64,000 nt of DNA from Eledone cirrhosa. Lineage: Eukaryota. A program made the position numbers and the translations under genes. Shown here piece after piece: positions 1 to 10,498 of this stretch (position 1 is the first letter of the stretch; each line of letters starts with the position of its first letter). The notes below the pieces were generated by a model. It was not told the DNA's origin. It did not search any database and saw only the letters and a program-made list of their open reading frames with translations. The stretch lies in NCBI GenBank assembly GCA_964016885.1, contig OZ024743.1:170810001-170874000 (forward strand). Direction: 5' to 3'.

Positions 1-630
1 GCCATAGATTCAGCTATGAGAGTTAGATCATCTGTGTATAGAAGTTCCCATGAGCAGCCGGTCTTAAACTCTTCTGTTATAGCCTGAAGGGCAATAATAA
101 ATATGAGGGGGCTAAGGATAGAGCCTTGATGAACACCAACTTTTACGTTAAATTTTCCACTATTCATTGTTAATTCTAACCTTGCTGACTGTTTCTTTAT
201 ACATGGCTTGTATAGCTCTCACCTAGTTTTCTAAGAGCCCACCAGATAATGGAGCGGGGGGACTCTGTCAAAGGCTTTCTCCAAGTAGAGGGGTTTACTT
301 TTAGCCAGCTACTTCTCTTGTAGTTGTTGTACAGGGAAAAGAGTGTCTGAGGTACTTTTACCTGACACAAACACAAACTGCATTTCATCTAGATCAATTC
401 ACTCTCTGATGTGACCTTCATGACCTGGTCAACTAACTTAGAGCCTCTATAGTTTCCCCCATCTAGAGCATCTCATTTACCCTTGTAGCAGTTAATTATG
501 ATGCTGCTGCTCCAGTCATTTGGTATGAACCCATTCTGTATTACTTGGTTTACTATCCGGGTGACCATAGTATGTCCCACCATTCCAGATGCTTTCAATA
601 TCTTAGCAACTATTTCCGAAGGCCCAGCCT
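1..630 (-). pseudogene. Disrupted reverse transcriptase domain of the RTE LINE
   Basis: In-frame stops (KGK*D, IRE*ID, QEK*LA); a frameshift in the G6 run at 256-261 between DRV and PRSIIWWALRKLG; loss of the usual AFVD residues before LEKAFD; catalytic motif reads YTDD. Confidence 0.88.
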
Positions 631-632
631 GT

Positions 633-710
633 CTTCATATCTTTGATTGCCTTACTACTATATATCTTTGATTATATCTTACTTCATATCTTTGATTGCC
701 TTACTATTAT
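633..710. repeat. Local imperfect duplication inside the LINE (49-bp offset)
   Basis: CTTCATATCTTTGATTGCCTTACTA starts at 633 and again at 682, separated by filler containing ATATCTTTGATT and ATATCTT. Confidence 0.85.
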
Positions 711-1331
711 ACTACCTTTAACTTGCACCGCTGGTCCCTCTATTGGATCGATTTGGGGCAGACTATTTTTTTCCCATTTATTCTCCTCATTTAGTAGTCT
801 CTCGTCGTGACACTTCCAAGCTACCTTCTTATCAGTATTAGTGAAGGCAAGTACACTATCATCATTACGGACACACTTCTCCCCGACAATATCACGGTTT
901 TCCTTGACACATTGTCTTGCAATCCTGAACACCTCACGTTTTTGGTCCTCACGTTGTAGAACATGCTTGAACTTTCTATCTTCTGCTTCCCTTCTTGCAA
1001 GGTACACTTGTCTCCAAGCTTCTCTCCTGGCCACTTGATAGTGTTCTCTACTTTCCCCATCCCACCTTACTTTCCGAGCCTGCTTTTTGGCCTTGATTGA
1101 CTTCTCCACCTTACTGTTCCACCACCAAGTTACTCTCATCCTGCCTATAGGTCTGCTCCAGCCACAGATTTCATCTGTCGCTTTCAGCAGGTTAACTTTC
1201 AAGAATTCCCACTGTTTCTCTATATTGTATGTCTCTAATTGTTCTTCCTTACTGTCAAAAGCATCAAGTAATATGCTTTTAAATTTGTTACTGGTTGTGG
1301 AGTCCATCAACTTCCATATTCTTCTCCTCAA
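684..1331 (-). pseudogene. Surviving 215-codon open stretch of the endonuclease-RT linker of the LINE ORF (not an independent gene)
   Basis: The ORF track protein contains RRIWKL, WEFLK...EICG, TWWWNSKV...K and WK.H..RLLNEEN.W, typical RTE linker motifs. It lies between recognisable endonuclease and RT remnants. Confidence 0.85.
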
Positions 1332-1512
1332 GGTAGTCGTCCGTCGAGTACGTCTAGTCCTGACTATAAGGTCACTAACTATGAGGCTATGTTGGGAGGT
1401 GTCTAGTGTTTACGTCTTCTAGTAAGGATATAATCTATCTGGCTGGCGTGTTCCCCTGATCTATAGGTGATCAAGTGATTGTCTCGTTTTTTGAAGTTTG
1501 TATTACAGATAT

Positions 1513-1783
1513 GTTTCTTTATTAGCCACAGGGGCACAAAAGAAGGGGACAAATACAAAGGGGGAAATTTACATACAATAAAAACGTGTAAAATACTATC
1601 ACAAATGCAATTTAAAAATCAATCGATTTTCCCCAATAGGGGGAGACATTACATATGGGTAACCCCCGAAAAAATGTGCAAACCTCATCTACAGGAGTAC
1701 GAAAAGTGAGTACCCCTTTCCTCTCTTCCACTTTTTTCTCATCCTTCACTTTCACCCACCTTTCATAAAACTTGCTGGGGTAC
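1513..1783 (-). mobile_element. Probable 3'-terminal fragment of a second non-LTR retroelement (tentatively L1/Tx1-like ORF2 end plus 3' UTR)
   Basis: The minus strand ends ...TTTGTCCCCTTCTTTTGTGCCCCTGTGGCTAATAAAGAAAC with AATAAA at 1518-1523, exactly where RTE homology stops. The upstream minus frame reads PSKFYERWVKV (SKFYERWVK at 1750-1776), resembling the F-x-x-R-W C-terminus of L1/Tx1 ORF2. The clade call is from recollection, not a search. Confidence 0.45.
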
Positions 1784-2059
1784 ATTTTAGGTTTTTCGAA
1801 AAATAGAATATTTTAGGTTTTTGATCAAAAAAATCAATTTTTGAAATATTTCGAAAAGTAGAAAAAAATAGGTTATTTTAGGTTTTTCGAAAAATAGAAT
1901 ATTTTAGGTTTTTGATCAAAAAAGTCAATTTTTGAAATATTTCGAAAAGTAGAAAAAAATAGATTATTTTAGGTTTTTCGAAAAATAGAATATTTTAGGT
2001 TTTTGATAAAAAAAAATCAATTTTTGAAATATTTCGAAAAGTAGAAAAAAATAGATTAT
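1784..2059. repeat. 91-bp AT-rich tandem repeat, 3 near-identical copies
   Basis: Unit ATTTTAGGTTTTTCGAAAAATAGAATATTTTAGGTTTTTGATCAAAAAAATCAATTTTTGAAATATTTCGAAAAGTAGAAAAAAATAGGTT starts at 1784, 1875 and 1966; the third copy is 92 bp. Confidence 0.97.
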
Positions 2060-3599
2060 GAACACCATTGTCACAACTACTGTAAGACCACTGTATCAAC
2101 ACCATAGTCACGACTACTGTAAGACCACTGTATCAACACCATAGTCACAATAACTGTAAGAACACTGTATCAACACCACAGTCATAACTACTGTAAGACC
2201 ACTGTATCAACACCACAGTCACAACTACTGTAAGACCACTGTATCAACACCACAGTCACAACTACTGTAAGACCACTGTATAAACACCACAACCACAACT
2301 ACTGTAAGACAACTGTATCAACATCACAACCACAACTACTCTAAGACCACTGTATCAACACCACAGTCATAACTACTCTAAGACCACTGTATCAACACCG
2401 TAGTCACAACGACTGTAAGACCACTGTATCAACACCACAGTCACAACGTCTGTAAGACCACTATATCAACACAATAGTCACAACTACTGTAAGCCCACTG
2501 TATCAACACCATAGTCACAACGACTGTAAGACCACAGTATCAACGCCATAGTCACAACTACTGTAGCACCACTGTATAAACACCATAGTCATAACTACCG
2601 TAAGACCACTGTATCAACGCCATAGTCATAACTACTGTAAGACCACTGTATACAAACCATAGCCACAAATACTGTAAGACCACTGTATCAACAACACAGT
2701 CACAACTACTCTAAGACCACTGTATCAACACCACAGTCACAACTACTGTAAGCCCACTGTATCAACAGCATAGTCATAACTACTCTAAGACCACCGTATC
2801 AAAACCATAGTCACAACTACTGTAACACCACTGTATCAACACAATAGTCATAACTACCGTAAGACCACTGTATCAACACCATAGTCATAAGACCACTGTA
2901 TCAACACCATAGTCACAACTACTGTAAGACCACTGTATCAACACCATAGTCATAACTACTGTAAGACCACTGTATCAACACCATAGTCACAACTACTGTA
3001 AGACCACTGTATGAAAACAATATTCATAACTACCGTAAGACCACTGTATCAACACCATAGTCACAACTACTGTAAGACCACTGTATCAACACCATAGTCA
3101 TAACTACTGTAAGACCACTGTATCAACACCAGAGTCACAACTACTGTAAGACCACTGTATCAACACCATAGTCATAACAATTGTAAGACCACTGTATCAA
3201 CACCACAATCACAACTACAGTAAGACCACAGTATCAACACCATAGTCACAACTACTGTAAGACCACTGTATGAAAACAATAGTCATAACTACCGTAAGAC
3301 CACTGTATCAACACCATAGTCATAACTAATGTAAGACCACTGTAACAACACCATAGTCACAACTACTGTAAGACCACTGTATCAACACCATAGTCACAAT
3401 AACTGTAAGAACACTGTATCAACACCACAGTCATAACTACTGTAAGACCACTGTATCAACACCACAATCACAACTACTGTAAGACCACTGTATCAACACC
3501 ACAGTCACAACTACTGTAAAACCACTGTATAAACACCACAACCACAACTACTGTAAGACCACTGTAACAACACCACAACCACAACTACTGTAAGACCAC

Positions 3600-6500
3600 T
3601 GTATCAACACCAGTCTCAACTACTCTAAGACCACTGTATCAACACCACAGCCACAACTACTGTAAGACCACTGTATCAACACAATAATCACAACTATTGT
3701 AAGACCACGGTATCAACATCGTAGTCAAAACTACTGTAAGACCACTGTATCAACACCACAGTCACAACGTCTGTAAGACCACTGAATAAACACCATAGTC
3801 ACAACTACTGTAAGACCACTGTATCAACACCACAGTCACAACTAGTCTAAGACCACTGTATCAACACCACAGTCACAACTACTGAAATCCCACTGTATCA
3901 ACACCACAGCCACAACTACTGTAAGACCACTGTATCAACACCATAATCACAACTACTGTAAGACCACGGTATCAACACCGTAGTCACAACTACTGTAAGA
4001 CCACTGTATGAACACCATTGTCACAACTACTGTAAGACCACTGTATCAACACCATAGTCATAAGACCACTGTATCAACACCATAGTCACAACTACTGTAA
4101 GACCACTGTATCAACACCATAGTCACGACTACTGTAAGACCACTGTATCAACACCATAGTCACAATAACTATAAGAACACTGTATCAACACCACAGTCAT
4201 AACTACTGTAAGACCACTGTATCAACACCACAGTCACAACTACTGTAAGACCACTGTATCAACACCACAGTCACAACTACTGTAAGACCACTGTATAAAC
4301 ACCACAACCACAACTACTGTAAGACAACTGTATCAACATCACAACCACAACTACTGTAAGACCACTGTATCAACACCACAGTCATAACAAGTCTAAGACC
4401 ACTGTATCAACACCGTAGTCACAACGACTGTAAGACCACTGTATCAACACCACAGTCACAACGTCTGTAAGACCACTGTATCAACACAATAGTCACAACT
4501 ACTGTAAGCCCACTGTATCAACACCATAGTCACAACGACTGTAAGACCACTGTATCAAAACCATAGTCACAACTACGGTAGCACCACTGTATAAACACCA
4601 TAGTCATAACTACTGTAAGACCACTGTATACAAACCATAGTCACAAATACTGTAAGACCACTGTATCAACAACACAGTCACAACTACTCTAAGACCACTG
4701 TATCAACACCACAGTCACAACTACTGTAAGCCCACTGTATCAACAGCATAGTCATAACTACTCTAAGACCACCGTATCAACACCATAGTCACAACTACTG
4801 TAACACCACTGTATCAAAACAATAGTCATAACTACCGTAAGACCACTGTATCAACACCATAGTCATAAGACCACTGTATCAACACCATAGTCACAACTAC
4901 TGTAAGACCACTGTATCAACACCATAGTCATAACTACTGTAAGACCACTGTATCAACACCATAGTCACAACTACTGTAAGACCACTGTATGAAAACAATA
5001 TTCATAACTACCGTAAGACCACTGTATCAACACCATAGTCATAACTAATGTAAGACCACTGTAACAACACCATAGTCACAACTACTGTAAGACCACTGTA
5101 TCAACACCATAATCACAACTATTGTAAGACCACGGTATCAACACCGTAGTCACAACTACTGTAAGACCACTGTATCAACACCACAGTCACAACTACTGTA
5201 AGACCACTGTATCAACACCATAATCACAACTATTGTAAGACCACTGTATCAACACCAGTCATAACTACTCTAAGACCACTGTATCAACACCACAGCCACA
5301 ACTACTGTAAGACCACTGTATCAACACCATAATCACAACTATTGTAAGACCACGGTATCAACACCGTAGTCACAACTACTGTAAGACCACTGTATCAACA
5401 CCACAGTCACAACGTCTGTAAGACCACTGAATAAACACCATAGTCACAACTACTGTAAGACCACTGTATCAACACCACAGTCACAACTAGTCTAAGACCA
5501 CTGTATCAACACCACAGTCACAACTACTGAAATCCCACTGTATCAACACCACAGCCACAACTACTGTAAGACCACTGTATCAACACCACAGTCACAACTA
5601 CTGTAAGACCACTGTATCAACACCATAATTACAACTACTGTAAGAACAAGGTATCAACACCGTAGTCACAACTACTGTAAGACCACTGTATGAACACCAT
5701 TGTCACAACTACTGTAAGACCACTGTATCAACACCATAGTCACGACTACTGTAAGACCACTGTATCAACACCATAGTCACAATAACTGTAAGAACACTGT
5801 ATCAACACCACAGTCATAACTACTGTAAGACCACTGTATCAATAACACAGTCACAACTACTGTAAGACCACTGTATCACCACCACAGTCACAACTACTGT
5901 AAGACCACTGTATCAACACCACAGTCACAACTACTGTAAGACCACTGTATAAACACCACAACCACAACTACTGTAAGACATCTGTATCAACACCACAACC
6001 ACAACTACTGTAAGACCACTGTATCAACACCACAGTCATAACTACTCTAAGACAACTGTATCATCACCACAGCCACAACTACTGTAAGACCACTGTATCA
6101 ACACCACAGCCACAACTACTGTAAAACCACTGTATCAACACCATAGTTATAACTACCGTAAGACCACTGTATCAACACCATAGTCATAAGACCACTGTAT
6201 CAACACCATAGTCACAACTACTGTAAGACCACTGTATCAACACCATAGTCATAACTACTGTAAGACCACTGTATCAACACCATAGTCACAACTATTGTAA
6301 GACCACTGTGTCAACACCACAGTCACACCTAGAGAAAGACCACTGTATCAACACCATAGTCCCAACTACTGTAAGACCACTGTATGAACACCATAGTAAT
6401 AACAACCGTAAGACCACTGTATAAACACCATAGTCATAACTAATGTAAGACCACTGTATCAACACCATAGTCACAACTACTGGAAGACCACTGTATCAAC

Positions 6501-9500
6501 ACCATAGTCATAAGACCACTGTATCAACATCATAGTCACAACTACTGTAATACCACTGTATCAACACCATAGTCACAACTACTGTAAGACAACTGTGTCA
6601 GCACCACAGTCACAACTACTGTAAGACCACTGTATCAACACCATAGTCATAACTACCGTAAGACCACTGTATCAACACCATAGTCATAAGACCACTGTAT
6701 CAACACGAGTCTCAACTACTCAAAGACCACTGTATCAATACCACAGCCACAACTACTGTAAGACCACTGTATCAACACAATAATCACAACTATTGTAAGA
6801 CCACGGTATCAACATCGTAGTCAAAACTACTGTAAGACCACTGTATCAACACCACAGTCACAACGTCTGTAAGACCACTGAATAAACACCATAGTCACAA
6901 CTACTGTAAGACCACTGTATCAACACCACAGTCACAACTAGTCTAAGACCACTGTATCAACACCACAGTCACAACTACTGAAATCCCACTGTATCAACAC
7001 CACAGCCACAACTACTGTAAGACCACTGTATCAACACCATAATCACAACTACTGTAAGACCACGGTATCAACACCGTAGTCACAACTACTGTAAGACCAC
7101 TGTATGAACACCATTGTCACAACTACTGTAAGACCACTGTATCAACACCATAGTCATAAGACCACTGTATCAACATCATAGTCACAACTACTGTAAGACC
7201 ACTGTATCAACACCATAGTCACGACTACTGTAAGACCACTGTATCAACACCATAGTCACAATAACTATAAGAACACTGTATCAACACCACAGTCATAACT
7301 ACTGTAAGACCACTGTATCAACACCACAGTCACAACTACTGTAAGACCACTGTATCAACACCACAGTCACAACTACTGTAAGACCACTGTATAAACACCA
7401 CAACCACAACTACTGTAAGACAACTGTATCAACATCACAACCACAACTACTGTAAGACCACTGTATCAACACCACAGTCATAACAAGTCTAAGACCACTG
7501 TATCAACACCGTAGTCACAACGACTGTAAGACCACTGTATCAACACCACAGTCACAACGTCTGTAAGACCACTGTATCAACACAATAGTCACAACTACTG
7601 TAAGCCCACTGTATCAACACCATAGTCACAACGACTGTAAGACCACTGTATCAACGCCATAGTCACAACTACGGTAGCACCACTGTATAAACACCATAGT
7701 CATAACTACTGTAAGACCACTGTATACAAACCATAGTCACAAATACTGTAAGACCACTGTATCAACAACACAGTCACAACTACTCTAAGACCACTGTATC
7801 AACACCACAGTCACAACTACTGTAAGCCCACTGTATCAACAGCATAGTCATAACTACTCTAAGACCACCGTATCAACACCATAGTCACAACTACTGTAAC
7901 ACCACTGTATCAAAACAATAGTCATAACTACCGTAAGACCACTGTATCAACACCATAGTCATAAGACCACTGTATCAACACCATAGTCACAACTACTGTA
8001 AGACCACTGTATCAACACCATAGTCATAACTACTGTAAGACCACTGTATCAACACCATAGTCACAACTACTGTAAGACCACTGTATGAAAACAATATTCA
8101 TAACTACCGTAAGACCACTGTATCAACACCATAGTCATAACTAATGTAAGACCACTGTAACAACACCATAGTCACAACTACTGTAAGACCACTGTATCAA
8201 CACCATAATCACAACTATTGTAAGACCACGGTATCAACACCGTAGTCACAACTACTGTAAGACCACTGTATCAACACCACAGTCACAACTACTGTAAGAC
8301 CACTGTATCAACACCATAATCACAACTATTGTAAGACCACTGTATCAACACCAGTCATAACTACTCTAAGACCACTGTATCAACACCACAGCCACAACTA
8401 CTGTAAGACCACTGTATCAACACCATAATCACAACTATTGTAAGACCACGGTATCAACACCGTAGTCACAACTACTGTAAGACCACTGTATCAATACCAC
8501 AGTCACAACGTCTGTAAGACCACTGAATAAACACCATAGTCACAACTACTGTAAGACCACTGTATCAACACCACAGTCACAACTAGTCTAAGACCACTGT
8601 ATCAACACCACAGTCACAACTACTGAAATCCCACTGTATCAACACCACAGCCACAACTACTGTAAGACCACTGTATCAACACCACAGTCACAACTACTGT
8701 AAGACCACTGTATCAACACCATAATTACAACTACTGTAAGAACAAGGTATCAACACCGTAGTCACAACTACTGTAAGACCACTGTATGAACACCATTGTC
8801 ACAACTACTGTAAGACCACTGTATCAACACCATAGTCACGACTACTGTAAGACCACTGTATCAACACCATAGTCACAATAACTGTAAGAACACTGTATCA
8901 ACACCACAGTCATAACTACTGTAAGACCACTGTATCAACAACACAGTCACAACTACTGTAAGACCACTGTATCACCACCACAGTCACAACTACTGTAAGA
9001 CCACTGTATCAACACCACAGTCACAACTACTGTAAGACCACTGTATAAACACCACAACCACAACTACTGTAAGACATCTGTATCAACACCACAACCACAA
9101 CTACTGTAAGACCACTGTATCAACACCACAGTCATAACTACTCTAAGACAACTGTATCATCACCACAGCCACAACTACTGTAAGACCACTGTATCAACAC
9201 CACAGCCACAACTACTGTAAAACCACTGTATCAACACCATAGTCATAACTACCGTAAGACCACTGTATCAACACCATAGTCATAAGACCACTGTATCAAC
9301 ACCGTAGTCACAACTACTGTAAGACCACTGTATCAACACCATAGTCATAACTACTGTAAGACCACTGTATCAACACCATAGTCACAACTATTGTAAGACC
9401 ACTGTGTCAACACCACAGTCACACCTAGAGAAAGACCACTGTATCAACACCATACTCCCAACTACTGTAAGACCACTGTATGAACACCATAGTAATAACA

Positions 9501-9800
9501 ACCGTAAGACCACTGTATAAACACCATAGTCATAACTAATGTAAGACCACTGTATCAACACCATAGTCACAACTACTGGAAGACCACTGTATCAACACCA
9601 TAGTCATAAGACCACTGTATCAACATCATAGTCACAACTACTGTAATACCACTGTATCAACACCATAGTCACAACTACTGTAAGACAACTGTGTCAGCAC
9701 CACAGTCACAACTACTGTAAGACCACTGTATCAACACCATAGTCATAACTACCGTAAGACCACTGTATCAACACCATAGTCATAAGACCACTGTATCAAC
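3600..9800. repeat. Higher-order tandem duplication, 3096-bp unit x2 (a third related copy follows at +3614)
   Basis: Marker GTCTCAAC at 3613, 6709 and 10323; near-identical spurious ORFs at 6292, 9388 and 13001. Confidence 0.9.
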
Positions 9801-10498
9801 ACCATAGTCACAACTACTGTAAGACCACTGTATCAACACCATAGTCATAACTAATGTAAGACAACTGTATCAACACCATAGTCACAACTATTTTAAGACC
9901 AATGTATCAACACCACAGTCACACCTACAGTAAGACCACTGTATCAACACCATAGTCACAACTACTGTAAGACCACTGTATGAACACCATATTCATAACT
10001 ACCGTAAGACCACTGTATCAACACCATAGACATAACTAATGTAAGACCACTGTAACAACACCATAGTCACAACTACTGTAAGACCACTGTATCAACACCA
10101 TAGTCACAATAACTGTAAGAACACTGTATCAACACCACAGTCATAACTACTGTAAGACCACTGTATCAACACCACAATCACAACTACTGTAAGACCACTG
10201 TATCAACACCACAGTCACAACTACTGTAAAACCACTGTATAAACACCACAACCACAACTACTGTAAGACCACTGTAACAACAACACAACCACAACTACTG
10301 TAAGACCACTGTATCAACACCAGTCTCAACTACTCTAAGACCACTGTATCAACACCACAGCCACAACTACTGTAAGACCACTGTATCAACACAATAATCA
10401 CAACTATTGTAAGACCACGGTATCAACATCGTAGTCAAAACTACTGTAAGACCACTGTATCAACACCACAGTCACAACGTCTGTAAGACCACTGAATA

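Larger units (their letters stand above)
1..1512 (-). mobile_element. Degenerate RTE-clade non-LTR retrotransposon (LINE): end of AP endonuclease, linker and RT domain; continues off the left edge
   Basis: Manual minus-strand translation gives, in order: ICNTNFKKRDNHLITYRSGEHASQIDYILTRR (QIDYIL at 1424-1441), SQHSLIVSDL, the TWWWN linker (ORF 684..1331), IPNDWSSSIIINCYKGK*DALDGGNYRGSKL, IDLDEMQFVFVSGKST, LEKAFDRV (261-284), GVHQGSILSPLIF (GVHQGS at 120-137) and WELLYTDDL (YTDD at 27-38). This motif set and order are typical of RTE-clade ORFs. Confidence 0.92.

Noticed and set aside
821-1709. ORFs 821..1060 (-), 841..1038 (+), 1087..1422 (+), 1479..1709 (+), and also 197..388 (-)
   Set aside because: Alternative-frame or antisense shadows of retroelement sequence; 197..388 only picks up the RT frame after a frameshift.
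1785-2000. Telomeric TTAGG/TTTTAGG repeats
   Set aside because: Only two isolated motifs per 91-bp unit, never in tandem; expected in AT-rich sequence.
2058-5530. Giant repeat protein under a TAA/TAG=Gln code (ATG at 2058; the main polymorphisms CAG/TAG and CAA/TAA would be silent; the 9-bp deletion keeps frame)
   Set aside because: TGA variants close all three plus frames (3012, 3271, 5528); 35- and 36-bp units shift frame; the same polymorphisms are Thr/Ile changes in another frame that the repeat must also pass through.
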